Source: a virus
Lineage: Duplodnaviria; Caudoviricetes
DNA length: 56,110 nucleotides
Direction: 5' to 3' (one strand)
IMG/VR virus record: IMGVR_UViG_3300047550_002572
Span: 1 to 56,110 of that record
Part shown: one piece after another, positions 33,917-43,815 of the stretch
Numbering within the stretch: the first letter of the stretch is position 1
Layout of the letters: each line of letters opens with the position of its first letter
Made by a program: the position numbers and the translations under genes
Notes under the pieces: generated by a model
Told to the model about the DNA's origin: nothing
The model's input: only the letters and a program-made list of their open reading frames with translations
The model's database searches: none

Positions 33917-36681
33917 CAGAACCCTCCAGGAAGCAGACGACGGTCTGCATTCGGCGGGGTGTACCCACGAAGACGGGCAACGTACTGTCGAATCGCTTCT
34001 TCCTGCTCAGGCGTGAGGCGGCGGGTGGGCCGCACCTCCTGCACTGCGTCTCCGCGACCCTGCATCAGCGCACGAGTCAGATCGCCTGGCTGAACCCCAC
34101 TGGGTCGCTGGGGTTTCTGCGCCATCGCCCGAGGAAGCTGGATAGGCGGCTGCTGGGGCATCACCGCTCTGTGCTGCTGACGAAACTGACGCCGAGTCTG
34201 CGCGGCTTCTTCCTGCGGGTAGGCTCCTGTTGCCGCTTTCATCAACGGCTGCACGACAGGACGAGCGAACGGTTCGGCCATCTTCCCCATACCGTACCCC
34301 ATCGTAGCGGCACGGGTGACTGGATTGAACATAGACGCCACACCCGCCAAACCTCCTACAGTCGGAAGCCACGACGAGGAAGAAGGCGCTTGCCCTGTCG
34401 CCGCCGTGATTGCATCTCGAGTGGCGTCGGCGCCAATCAAACCACCCATAGCAGGCTCGACCAGCTTCGGTGCAGCAGCGTATGCTGCCGAAAACAATGC
34501 ACCCATCAGTCCGGCGTGAGCGGCAGCCTTTACCGCCTGCTCGTGGGTAGCCCCGTTCTGTATTGCGTCGGCGTAGGCCGATGCCGCAGGGAAGCCGAGC
34601 CCTGCCGTTGTTCCCGCCACCAAGCCAGACGATGCTGCCCCTCTTCGCCATCCGTTTCGCCCTTTTGGTTCGCTGTACGGAAGAGGTTCGAATGACTCAG
34701 TAACGGGATTCCACGACCCTACAATTGGGCTAGGGCGATGTCCCCCTTTGTTACCGAACGACACTGAAGGTGGCGATATTGGCTCCGTATTCTTTTTGAT
34801 CTGAAACGCAACACCTTCAGGAGGAGTGTCAGTTACATATTCCGGAGGGACGACAAATTGATGCTCTCCTCCTGTTTTTCTGTATCTAGCCGTAGGGTCA
34901 GGCATTGGTTCTTCTACAGGGTGATAAAGAGTCCAATCTCCTGGCTCTTGAGACAGATTTGCAACGTGCTCGGCCTCCCAGTGTTCTAGGTCGGCATTTT
35001 CTTTTATTTTTTTGAAAAGAGGAGCAGCGTGTTCTCCTTCGTATATTTTTCTATAAGTTTTTGGATTTGTTAAATCTACCGAATTGTCCCAGAATTCTGA
35101 AAATATTTTACCTGTTTTTGAGTCTTGAATTATAGGGTCAGATTCTTTTGAAGACAAAGCTCTTGTAGTAGAAGGATGCCAATCAAAGCCTTCAGGAAAT
35201 GCTTTATTGGGGGTATCTGTATAAAAAGGGTTGTCGGGCACGGCAGAAGTCGCGTAGTCGGTAAGATAGGCGTGCAAAGAAGGGTTGGTGCCTTTCAACT
35301 CTTTTCTAGACAACCACATAGAAGGGTTTAGATATTCTTCGTTTGCTGCCGCTGGATGAAACATCTGAGTTGCCGCAGAAGTAGCGTCCATAAACGGGTA
35401 TAGCTCAGTCCACCCGTAAGTCCTACGAGGTTGAGCTCGCGCATACAGTTTTTCCGCAATCAGTTCTTCAATAGATTTTTCTGGGGGGTAATTAGCCGAG
35501 TTCTGCCCAGATGATGGCGGCATATCGCTATTTCCGTGTTCTCCTCCCGGCAAAGGCATACCGCTTCTGCCGTAAGAGGGTGTTATGTTTTCTGATTGTG
35601 CTAAAGACGGCCCGCTTGCGTTAGAACCCCGACGTTGGAACATCTCGCTGCCCGGCGCGGGCGCCACCATCTTCGGCGCGACGGTGGGCTCGGCGGGGGA
35701 GACCGGCACGTTGCCTTGAGGAGCCCATATCTCGATGCGGTCCCGCTGGGGGGCGGCGGGCTGATCCCATCCAGGCTGGGTGTAGTCCATGTACGCTTTG
35801 AGCAGATGCTTGACCGTAGGAATGTCCCACCCGTTGCCAATCATCTTCTTCTGCTCGGTCCACGGGGCGCCCGCTGCAGCCATAGTCCCTTCAGGAATGC
35901 CGTGGAGCATCTCTCCCGCTCTAGGGGTCCAACGCCAAATCTGCCCGCCGGGTTCGAGCTGCACCGTATCGTAGGGGATCCCGTGAGCGCCATACGCTCG
36001 CGTCCAAGCTCGAGCCTTGGGAAGGTCCCAGCCGCGCATCGGCTTCCACAATTTGCTCGTGTTCTTCTCGTAGCCCTGAGTGCCTTCAGTCAGGCGGTAG
36101 GTGCGGTGCTCATTAAACGGGTCGAACAAATGCCGAGCAGGGTCAATCAGCTCGCGAGGGTCTACGCCCTGCCCCTCCATCGGCTTGACGGGGAACGTAG
36201 GCCAGAAAAGACGAGGGCGGCTGACACCACCCACATGGCCTGCGTCCAACAAAACGGGGGAAATACCGAGACGGTTGCTGATGGCATCTCGGGTTTGAGG
36301 CGTCATCGACGCTACGCTCTCAAACCACCCATGCGGGTTGCCCAGCGCGTCCCACAAATCCGCAGTCGGGTAGAACAACCCTGAGCGAGCACCCGACAAC
36401 CCCTGACGATTGGGCGTGCCAATAGACACGTCTTGGCAAGGAGGGCCTGCCGTAAACAGTCCGGGTTTGCACGGGAACCTTCCCGGAGTTACACCCTCAA
36501 TAGGGCCGAGATGCTGGATGTTGGGATTCAATGCTTGGGAGGTTTTTACCGCCCATGGGTTCATTTCGGGGTGCTCTGAAGCCCAGTGCTCTCCAATAGA
36601 AATACCAAGCTGCCGAAGGGCCTCTGCACCACTGCCCCACCCGTCAAAGGCCGAGAAGTAGTCAATAGGACTCGGCGGCAT
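33916..36681 (-). CDS. Fusion: N-terminal Dnmt3-like C5 DNA methyltransferase plus ejection-protein-like C-terminal region
   Basis: FSAFDGWGSG, ASE, AGPPCQDVS, SGLF, FESVASM, SRPRLFW, EMLHGIP, IGNGW in the first ~300 aa; Gly/Ala hydrophobic helices near the C-terminus. Confidence 0.85.
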   Translation of the reverse strand: MPPSPIDYFSAFDGWGSGAEALRQLGISIGEHWASEHPEMNPWAVKTSQALNPNIQHLGPIEGVTPGRFPCKPGLFTAGPPCQDVSIGTPNRQGLSGARSGLFYPTADLWDALGNPHGWFESVASMTPQTRDAISNRLGISPVLLDAGHVGGVSRPRLFWPTFPVKPMEGQGVDPRELIDPARHLFDPFNEHRTYRLTEGTQGYEKNTSKLWKPMRGWDLPKARAWTRAYGAHGIPYDTVQLEPGGQIWRWTPRAGEMLHGIPEGTMAAAGAPWTEQKKMIGNGWDIPTVKHLLKAYMDYTQPGWDQPAAPQRDRIEIWAPQGNVPVSPAEPTVAPKMVAPAPGSEMFQRRGSNASGPSLAQSENITPSYGRSGMPLPGGEHGNSDMPPSSGQNSANYPPEKSIEELIAEKLYARAQPRRTYGWTELYPFMDATSAATQMFHPAAANEEYLNPSMWLSRKELKGTNPSLHAYLTDYATSAVPDNPFYTDTPNKAFPEGFDWHPSTTRALSSKESDPIIQDSKTGKIFSEFWDNSVDLTNPKTYRKIYEGEHAAPLFKKIKENADLEHWEAEHVANLSQEPGDWTLYHPVEEPMPDPTARYRKTGGEHQFVVPPEYVTDTPPEGVAFQIKKNTEPISPPSVSFGNKGGHRPSPIVGSWNPVTESFEPLPYSEPKGRNGWRRGAASSGLVAGTTAGLGFPAASAYADAIQNGATHEQAVKAAAHAGLMGALFSAAYAAAPKLVEPAMGGLIGADATRDAITAATGQAPSSSSWLPTVGGLAGVASMFNPVTRAATMGYGMGKMAEPFARPVVQPLMKAATGAYPQEEAAQTRRQFRQQHRAVMPQQPPIQLPRAMAQKPQRPSGVQPGDLTRALMQGRGDAVQEVRPTRRLTPEQEEAIRQYVARLRGYTPPNADRRLLPGGF

Positions 36682-37563
36682 CTACTTCTTGCCTCCCCCG
36701 CCCCCGCTCACGGTCTGGGCGCCTGGAATGATTGTAGGGGCCATAATCGGGCTACCGTTCAAATACCCAAGACCTGCCTGCAGCGGGGCGTTGTTGATGT
36801 TAGAAATCATCCCCAACATCGACGGGACGACGTTCTGAGCCTGCTCAGTTGCCTGCATCGGACTGCCAAGGATACGCTGCGCTGCCTGCGCGGCCAACCC
36901 CTGCCGATTGATTGCCAGCGACTGTGCGGTCTGCCCAAGGTTGGACGCCGCTTCCGCTCCCAGCTCTCGAGCCGAGTTGAGGTACCCGCTGTGAAACGGG
37001 GTACCCCCGAACTTGTTCCCAAGCTGGGCCATCTGGGAATTCAGCAGACGGGTCTGGCGCTCGCCCTCGGAATTGAGAAAAGCGTTCTCTGTTGCGTTGA
37101 ACCCCGGCTGGAACAACCCCTGCTGAAACGCAGCAGCCCCAGGAATCGCCTGCGCCCCGAACGAGGCGATAGTAGACGCCATGTTCTGGTTGGCTTGGTA
37201 AGGATCGGTGATTCCGCTGTTGCCGTTGAAGAAATGGCTTTGGGCGTCGGTCATCCCACCGCTACTCCCTGGGCTGCTGGGGTCTACTGCAGATGTCGGC
37301 TTTGTCGTTGGGCTGCTGGTAGTTGCACTCCCCGAAGAAGTGCTGGTCGAGCTCCCTGACGATGTGTTGTTCGAGGGGAACTTGCCGCCACCGCCTGCAG
37401 AAGGGCCAGACCCCATAGGGGGAGGCTGAATCCCATAAGGGTTGAGATTCCCTCCATACGCGCCAGGCCCTGAAGCGGTGCCCGAATGAGGGCTCTGCCA
37501 AGACGAGAAAGGAACAGGACCTACATTGTTGTTGGTCCCTTGATTAGTAGGTGAACCGCCCAT
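36682..37563 (-). CDS. Internal virion / pilot-type protein
   Basis: Gly/Ser/Gln-rich, GG.PF.SG motif, ends GGGGGKK. Confidence 0.7.
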   Translation of the reverse strand: MGGSPTNQGTNNNVGPVPFSSWQSPHSGTASGPGAYGGNLNPYGIQPPPMGSGPSAGGGGKFPSNNTSSGSSTSTSSGSATTSSPTTKPTSAVDPSSPGSSGGMTDAQSHFFNGNSGITDPYQANQNMASTIASFGAQAIPGAAAFQQGLFQPGFNATENAFLNSEGERQTRLLNSQMAQLGNKFGGTPFHSGYLNSARELGAEAASNLGQTAQSLAINRQGLAAQAAQRILGSPMQATEQAQNVVPSMLGMISNINNAPLQAGLGYLNGSPIMAPTIIPGAQTVSGGGGGKK

Positions 37564-37578
37564 CTCTGCATTTACCCC

Positions 37579-37977
37579 CTAAAAAGGCTTGGTTGGCGGG
37601 TACATCCCACCGGAATGAGTAGACCCGCCAGAAGGGGGCTGGTACTGCGTAGGAGGAGAGAACCGACCCGCAGACGACAACCCGAACGGGGTGACGCTGT
37701 TGAGACTCTGAACACCGTAGCCGTTGCCGTACATCTGGTTGTACGCATTCTGGTTGAACACGGGCATGGAAGTTCGCATATAGTTGTTCAGCGGATAGAG
37801 CTGCATGGGCGTGTGGTTGTAGTTGCCCTCGTTTGCTCGCATCATCGCCATCGTATAATCGGCCAACAGATTGTCCGTAGCACGTTGCCCCTCGGACAGC
37901 ACATTGTTGCGATCTGGCTGTATCGTCTGAGGGGGTGCCTGTTGAACCTGCTGCCCGCCTCCACCGCCTTTACCCAT
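37579..37977 (-). CDS. Small virion protein (MGKGGGG start)
   Basis: N-terminus typical of podovirus internal-protein precursors; SD GGAGG. Confidence 0.65.
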   Translation of the reverse strand: MGKGGGGGQQVQQAPPQTIQPDRNNVLSEGQRATDNLLADYTMAMMRANEGNYNHTPMQLYPLNNYMRTSMPVFNQNAYNQMYGNGYGVQSLNSVTPFGLSSAGRFSPPTQYQPPSGGSTHSGGMYPPTKPF

Positions 37978-38449
37978 CGTTCTTGCCTCCTTCCAACGGC
38001 TTGCCTATTGTGATGTATAGAGGTTTGAACCCGTATCGCTTGTCTATTGCCCGAAGCTTGAACGGGTTCTTGCTGCTCACCCGAACATTTGCCGTGACGT
38101 AATTGTGCTTCATCATGCGGCCCCACTCTTCCACTGCTGCGTTCATCAAGTCGCCTGCCGCTCGAGGAGCCTTTGGGTCGATGTAGCACACATGCACAAA
38201 CGACTGCGGAACCGGCCCCGCAAAGATGTCTGGAGCATAGATCTCATAGACAATCGACAGACCGACCAGATCCTGGTCCTCTCGAACGCAGAGAACTGCG
38301 TACCGTGGGTCTACCAGAGAAAGCTTGAAGTAGCGCCGCAACCCTTCCTTGTTCAAATCGAACCGAGACGTGAACGGGCCAAGACAGAACTTTTCGTACA
38401 GACGCTCGATCTCAGGCCAGTTCTCCAAGTCCGCTTTGAACACTTGCAT
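37970..38449 (-). CDS. GNAT-fold acetyltransferase-like protein
   Basis: LVG, YIDPK.....G.LM.AVEEWG, RYGFKP; usual position ahead of the ejection genes. Confidence 0.7.
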   Translation of the reverse strand: MQVFKADLENWPEIERLYEKFCLGPFTSRFDLNKEGLRRYFKLSLVDPRYAVLCVREDQDLVGLSIVYEIYAPDIFAGPVPQSFVHVCYIDPKAPRAAGDLMNAAVEEWGRMMKHNYVTANVRVSSKNPFKLRAIDKRYGFKPLYITIGKPLEGGKNDG

Positions 38450-38486
38450 GGCTACCCTCTACTTTACCATACCTGCAGATATAGAC

Positions 38487-38660
38487 TCAACCCGCAGGAG
38501 GCACGGCGGCAGGGTAGCACTCCTCGCAGTAATCCTTCGTGTTGTCGCCTACCGGCCACGTTGCCACGCGGCACTGCACACACAGCCGCTTGTTGCACCC
38601 GTCACAGACAGCCACGGGAATACACGTGCAACATTCACAGGTCAACGCAACGTACTGCAT
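38487..38660 (-). CDS. 57-aa Cys-rich Zn-finger protein, not in the ORF track
   Basis: SD AGGAGG; CECCTC...CDGC...LCVQC...YCEEC. Confidence 0.65.
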   Translation of the reverse strand: MQYVALTCECCTCIPVAVCDGCNKRLCVQCRVATWPVGDNTKDYCEECYPAAVPPAG

Positions 38661-38669
38661 TTCTACCTC

Positions 38670-39605
38670 CTACGTCTTGATTATGAAGTTGATGCTGGCC
38701 CACGGGTGCATATTGTTGTGCGCCCCTCCGCCGCCCGTGTTGCCAATGACAGCATTGCTAGACGCAGTGGACCCCGTGATGGTGTGGTTGTGGGCAGAGC
38801 CGGTGCCTGTATTAGACGTGGCGCTCCACGTTACACCGCCAGAACCTGAAGCCACCGTATTTCCACCGCCCGTACCTGTGATGTAGGACGCACCGCTGGC
38901 GGTAGCGTGCGTGTGTGCTGATTCATTGGCCGTTGACAAGCCTGTCGCACTGTGCGTGTGACCGCTGTCGGTGTGGTTGTGGGCCGGTATTTCACCAGTG
39001 ACGAGCTGGTGGGTTTCCGCACCGCCTGTCGCGCCAAGAGCGCGAGTAGTCAAACCTGTTCCAGCTCCTGCGCCTACAGGAGACCGTCCCCGAAGGTCTG
39101 GGACATAGAACGTAGTGCCTGACGCAGGCGCAGGATACGGCGAGACGTACAGACTGTGGGTGCCGCTCTGAGCGCCGCTCGTGTTGATAGACGAACCGCC
39201 AGCTGTTGCAGAAACCTGAAACGTGTTTGCTGCTGCGCTGACAACGTAATAAACAGTACGAACCGTCAGACCCGTGGGCAACGCACCAGTAGTCTCAAAG
39301 AAAACAGGAGTGCCGTTTGTGAGGCCGTGTGCGTTCAGCGTCACAACACCCGGACTGGCGATGCTGATCGTAGGGTTGCCTTTAGACGGGTACAACACTG
39401 CGAACAGCGACGCATAGGTAGAGCGGCTCACCGAGGAACCGTCACAGAACAACCACCCTGTCGGCTGAACCGCCCCTGCGTACATCTGCACCACGCCAAC
39501 AATCGGGATGGCGTAAGCAGCCCCAGAAGCGTCTACAAGCGAATCACCAGACTGAAGCTGCTGTATTTCGCCATTATATACTGCAAGCGGAGCCTTTGAC
39601 GCCAT
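38670..39605 (-). CDS. Tail fibre with collar domain
   Basis: P.GWLFCDGS.VSR.TY..LFAV, PDLRGR..VGAG, HxH repeats, HNN.HP...INFIIK. Confidence 0.9.
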   Translation of the reverse strand: MASKAPLAVYNGEIQQLQSGDSLVDASGAAYAIPIVGVVQMYAGAVQPTGWLFCDGSSVSRSTYASLFAVLYPSKGNPTISIASPGVVTLNAHGLTNGTPVFFETTGALPTGLTVRTVYYVVSAAANTFQVSATAGGSSINTSGAQSGTHSLYVSPYPAPASGTTFYVPDLRGRSPVGAGAGTGLTTRALGATGGAETHQLVTGEIPAHNHTDSGHTHSATGLSTANESAHTHATASGASYITGTGGGNTVASGSGGVTWSATSNTGTGSAHNHTITGSTASSNAVIGNTGGGGAHNNMHPWASINFIIKT

Positions 39606-39607
39606 GA

Positions 39608-40090
39608 CTACAACGCAATGTACGGGCGAGGCTTGACGAGCATCTCAGTGGTGGAAAGACCCATCCCTACACGAGTAACATACTGACCAGCCGCAGTAGG
39701 GGCCGTCGAAGTGAGCGCACCCGCCGTGTCCTTTGACAAGTAATACACAGTACCCGCAGTAAGACCGCCCGTCGTACCGCAGATCGCGTCCCACGTTCCT
39801 GTAGTGGTTGACAGGACACCATCAAGCACCACAGAGCCAGAAGCCGCCGCAGAGATGCTAGCGTCGTACACCAGCCCAATCGCCTGCGCTGTGCCGCTTG
39901 CATCCGCTTTCGCCTTCTTCACTGTACTAGCGGCGCTGACGTACACGGGAAGGCCAATCGTAATTGCTCCCGCTTCTCCGTTCGTAAACGCATAGATGTC
40001 TGGGGTTGTAGTGGGAGCGTCCAGCGTATCACCCGCAGGAAGCTGCTTGATGATTCCAGAGTCGATGACAAGCGGTTTACGAGAAGCCAT
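39608..40090 (-). CDS. Tail/virion structural protein
   Basis: MASRKPLV shared with the fibre gene; GL..G..YYLS....G.LT.TAP. Confidence 0.75.
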   Translation of the reverse strand: MASRKPLVIDSGIIKQLPAGDTLDAPTTTPDIYAFTNGEAGAITIGLPVYVSAASTVKKAKADASGTAQAIGLVYDASISAAASGSVVLDGVLSTTTGTWDAICGTTGGLTAGTVYYLSKDTAGALTSTAPTAAGQYVTRVGMGLSTTEMLVKPRPYIAL

Positions 40091-40099
40091 GGTTTCCTC

Positions 40100-40891
40100 C
40101 TAGAGAAGTACGGGCTGGCTGATTCTGACCTCAAGCGTGTCTGAAGCCAAAGTCACCCCTACCCGCTGAACCGTTTTTCCGAGCGTTGTGGTAGCCGTAG
40201 TCGTGATCTTGCCTGGCGTAGCAACGTCGCCGTACCAGATACCTGAAGAAAGTGTAGCCGAGCCAGTGGCGCTCGTCCAGTCCGAGAGCTTCAACGGCCC
40301 TTCAGTCTGCACCATACCAGAAGTAGCCGACGCAATGTTCTCTCGAGCAACCCCGACGATCTCTCTTGTGCCGTCCCAGCGAAGCACGCCCGTCGAACCC
40401 AAGTCCATCATCACCGCACAACCCGCAGAGATGGTCACCGAATCTACGTTCGCCAGCACCTTGATGTTGACGGTCGAAGTCAGGTCAGTTAGCCCCGAGC
40501 TCGTCGCGCTGAGATAGGTGGTCCACACAATCGGGTCAATGCCAGGAGCGCAGTACAAGACTTCGAACAGGTCGGTGTTCAACGAGAAGCGCAGCGCCCA
40601 CGCACTCTTCTGCTTGTTGGTCTGGTGCAGTTTGCCGTCTTCCCCCAAGTATGAGTTGACGGTGTAATACACCTGATTGGGCAAACCGTTGCTGTCATAG
40701 AACGGGATCACGCTGGCAGTAGTCGCACGGTCGCGAATCGTCTGCTCGACCGAACGATTGTACGCCAGCCCCATCTGCTCCATCCAAGAAGACGCCTGCT
40801 TGAAGAAGCGGTCTAAAGCGTCTCCAAGCTGAGTAGGAGGAGGCGGCTTGGGAGCGACTGCCGTGAACTTCTGGGCAGTACGACGGCTCAT
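40100..40891 (-). CDS. Tail structural protein
   Basis: Start MSRRTAQKF overlapping the upstream stop; C-domain similar to 39608-40090. Confidence 0.7.
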   Translation of the reverse strand: MSRRTAQKFTAVAPKPPPPTQLGDALDRFFKQASSWMEQMGLAYNRSVEQTIRDRATTASVIPFYDSNGLPNQVYYTVNSYLGEDGKLHQTNKQKSAWALRFSLNTDLFEVLYCAPGIDPIVWTTYLSATSSGLTDLTSTVNIKVLANVDSVTISAGCAVMMDLGSTGVLRWDGTREIVGVARENIASATSGMVQTEGPLKLSDWTSATGSATLSSGIWYGDVATPGKITTTATTTLGKTVQRVGVTLASDTLEVRISQPVLL

Positions 40892-42462
40892 ATGACCATG
40901 CCTCGAGGCTGGATGTGCATCGTCAGCCCCTCGATCTCGGCAGGAGCTGTTAGGTCTGTCTCGGTGAGAAGAATCTGGACGAATCGGTCCCCGTCTCGGA
41001 ACGTGACGTATCGGTCGCTCTTCGTGCCATTGAAATCCAACGACAGAACATCGCTTGTGCGCTGCTGGTCGAGGGACGGCCCCATCCGAAGCTGGGCTTT
41101 GCACTTGCCGCTCTTCGCCATCACCGCCAGCTTCTGCACCTGAAAGGTATCAAACTCGTGAACATTCTGAGACGAGCGGAACAATCGACCTGCGTCGAAT
41201 TGCTTGCTTGCCCACAGACAGGTGTACTTGGTACCTGCGTCAGTATATACGGTGTGATCAATGGTATATACTTTGCCGTCTCTGCCGCCGCAGTACATCG
41301 TCGCAGAGAAGGGGTTGTCGTAGATCACAGAAGAGCACATCGGCTCCAACCCCGACGCAGCAATCGTGCCCTCCCACCAGCTCTTCTCTCGGATGTTGTA
41401 GATGAACCACTTCCGAACCGTACCCCCGCTCACGTCCGGCAAGAAGAGGTGGTAAAGCTGGCGAATCGGGTCGATGAGGGCGTTCGCGTACTTCAACGAA
41501 GAAGAAGCCGTCACCGCCTGCAGGTGCGTTCGAATCGTGTCTCCAATGCCTTCTGGCGCGCTCAAACCCTCCATCATGTACACGTTGTCGTACCCCAGCC
41601 AAATCAACGTTTCTCGTAGCCTACGCAACGTGTTCTGAGCGACGCAGCCGATGTCTCGGAACAGAGGACGGAACTCGTAGAACTTGGCGTCCCCCGTGTT
41701 CACGCCCGCATACATCGACGTGGGTTTGAACACCACCAAGTTGTCCCGCAGGTCGATAGCCGCCGTGATCGGGTCGGAAGAGTCATTCCCGTAGTACAAG
41801 TCTTGGTATCCGCTGGAGCCCCCCAGCAAGCCCCCCTGCCAGACGGTAGCGTCCAAAAAGTCGGACCAAGCCACTCGAGGAGGAACAGGGTTTCCTGCGC
41901 TCGGAGCATCGTCCTGATTGAACGTGAACAGCCGAGCGTCCCACGAGATGACAATCTTTGGCTTGTCGAAAGGACGAAGCAACGGGTCGGCGTTCGTCAC
42001 CGCCGTGATGTTGCCACCTGGCGTGAACTGGTACAAACCCTGCCTGCCCGTCGTGAAGTACAGAACCCCTTTGAAGTTGGCAAACGTCGGCTGGTACGGG
42101 GCGTACTCGTAGCCGGTGAGAGCCGCAGCACCCGTTCGGTCAGTCCAAGAACCTCCTGTGCGCTCCCAGAACTTTACTGCGTTCGTCGTAAGGTCCATGG
42201 TCATCGCGACAACAGTGCGAGTGCCGTTCATTGCCACATGCTCGGCCAAGCCGTAGCACGTTACCCCACTCGCCAGCGCCGTTCCCCCATAAGCAGAACT
42301 CCAGCCTGGACGTGGGCGTAGCTTTCCTTCAAACCCGTAGAAGTTGCTACATTCCGCTGCCGCAAGATCGGGAATAGCGTGCGGCGGCAACATCGTAATC
42401 AACCCCTGCGTCGGGGTCCACAATGTTGTTGCAACGGCGGTAGAAAGGTCCTGCTTACCCAT
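40888..42462 (-). CDS. Tail nozzle / DNA stabilization protein (P22 gp10 / tubular B-like)
   Basis: L..RPG, beta-propeller pattern, RVAWSD, IGC.A; position. Confidence 0.75.
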   Translation of the reverse strand: MGKQDLSTAVATTLWTPTQGLITMLPPHAIPDLAAAECSNFYGFEGKLRPRPGWSSAYGGTALASGVTCYGLAEHVAMNGTRTVVAMTMDLTTNAVKFWERTGGSWTDRTGAAALTGYEYAPYQPTFANFKGVLYFTTGRQGLYQFTPGGNITAVTNADPLLRPFDKPKIVISWDARLFTFNQDDAPSAGNPVPPRVAWSDFLDATVWQGGLLGGSSGYQDLYYGNDSSDPITAAIDLRDNLVVFKPTSMYAGVNTGDAKFYEFRPLFRDIGCVAQNTLRRLRETLIWLGYDNVYMMEGLSAPEGIGDTIRTHLQAVTASSSLKYANALIDPIRQLYHLFLPDVSGGTVRKWFIYNIREKSWWEGTIAASGLEPMCSSVIYDNPFSATMYCGGRDGKVYTIDHTVYTDAGTKYTCLWASKQFDAGRLFRSSQNVHEFDTFQVQKLAVMAKSGKCKAQLRMGPSLDQQRTSDVLSLDFNGTKSDRYVTFRDGDRFVQILLTETDLTAPAEIEGLTMHIQPRGMVI

Positions 42463-43385
42463 TATAGAGGGCCGTAGTAGCCCTCAAACGGGTACCTTGA
42501 GCGCACACGCCCATTGTCCCGGCCAAGAGCTCGATGAGATGACTGGTACACCCGCATCTGATCGGCTTCGGACTTGTTGCGCCGACGAGAATCGGCCAAC
42601 GCTTCCCCAAGCAAACCGCCTGGCGTAACCTTTGTGGGGTCTTGATACTGCGCGTATTCTGCCCCGTACAACCGAACTGCGTGATACTGAATCTCTTGCG
42701 CTTCGTGAAAGTAATCAGCCGCAATCAACAGCCCTGCAGTGATCACCATCTCGGGGTACGTCTGCAGCATTACGTTGGTACTGTCGGCTCGGTCGAGTGG
42801 CGGTAGAGACGCAAGCTTTGCACGAACCTGATACAAGTACGCCTGATCTGGCGTAGGAGCGAAGTGCAGCACTGACGTGCCGTTGACCGTCTGAAACGTA
42901 ACGCGGTCTGGGCGGGTTTGTTTGTCCCACTTTGTAAACGTAGAGAACTCACTGTACGGCAAGGCGGGCAGATCGCGAAGGAAGCTACCCTCGGAATCAA
43001 ACTCTTTCACCGACAACAGATGGGTGATCTCGCCCCACATCCACCCTTTTGAAACGACAGCCCCCGACGTGTCAATCCCTTCTTGCGAAGGATACGCAAA
43101 AAGGTAATAAGGGGTGCTTGCTTCTGCACGAAGCCAACCTCTGTCTACCCAATTCCCTTTTTTCTCAGTAAGAGACGAGAAATCGCTGGACGCAAGAGGA
43201 AACTGGGAAACAACCCCTAGCCCGGGGTCGAGGTGAAGGAACCAGAAGTTGAAACGGCGGCACGCTCGGCTGATCCACTCATTGAGATCGCCAACCAAGC
43301 GTGCCTTGACACTTGCCTTCTGCCTGCCATACCGCTCATTGATGCGGTCGATGACGTAGGCCAGCGTGATGTTCTGTGCAGGCAA
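42462..43385 (-). CDS. Head-tail adaptor (tubular A-like)
   Basis: F.PTPD..Y, TN..L..YPE....A.L; position. Confidence 0.7.
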   Translation of the reverse strand: MPAQNITLAYVIDRINERYGRQKASVKARLVGDLNEWISRACRRFNFWFLHLDPGLGVVSQFPLASSDFSSLTEKKGNWVDRGWLRAEASTPYYLFAYPSQEGIDTSGAVVSKGWMWGEITHLLSVKEFDSEGSFLRDLPALPYSEFSTFTKWDKQTRPDRVTFQTVNGTSVLHFAPTPDQAYLYQVRAKLASLPPLDRADSTNVMLQTYPEMVITAGLLIAADYFHEAQEIQYHAVRLYGAEYAQYQDPTKVTPGGLLGEALADSRRRNKSEADQMRVYQSSHRALGRDNGRVRSRYPFEGYYGPL

Positions 43386-43408
43386 GTCACCGTCTCACTT
43401 CCTTGCGC

Positions 43409-43786
43409 CTACCGCCCAATCTTCTGCGGGGTCGTGTTGGGCTTTGGCTGGCGCTGCTTGATGCCTCGAGCCAGTTGAACCGTCTCGTGGCTGTCGTCTA
43501 CAGGCTCCCCCAACGCTTCCAGCTCGGAAAGCGATTCCAGATCCAGCGGAGGAGGAGGCGCAGAAGGACCCTGCACCGGCACCAGATGCTGAAACTTGAG
43601 CGGAACGTAAATGCGGTCCAAGATGGACGGAGGGATCTGATCCGGATAACGACGACCGTCCAACGTGAACAGGTTGCCGTACTGCTCTACTGTGTCTACC
43701 TTCGAATCAGAGCCATGGATGACGTGCTGGCGCTGATAGCACCAACCCGTGCAGTCCTCATGCTGGCAGACGCCTTCTGCGGGCAT
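43409..43786 (-). CDS. Hypothetical virion-associated protein
   Basis: EQYGNLFTLDG; SD GGGAG. Confidence 0.6.
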   Translation of the reverse strand: MPAEGVCQHEDCTGWCYQRQHVIHGSDSKVDTVEQYGNLFTLDGRRYPDQIPPSILDRIYVPLKFQHLVPVQGPSAPPPPLDLESLSELEALGEPVDDSHETVQLARGIKQRQPKPNTTPQKIGR

Positions 43787-43815
43787 ATAGATTCACTCCC
43801 CTGTATTATGAAGCC

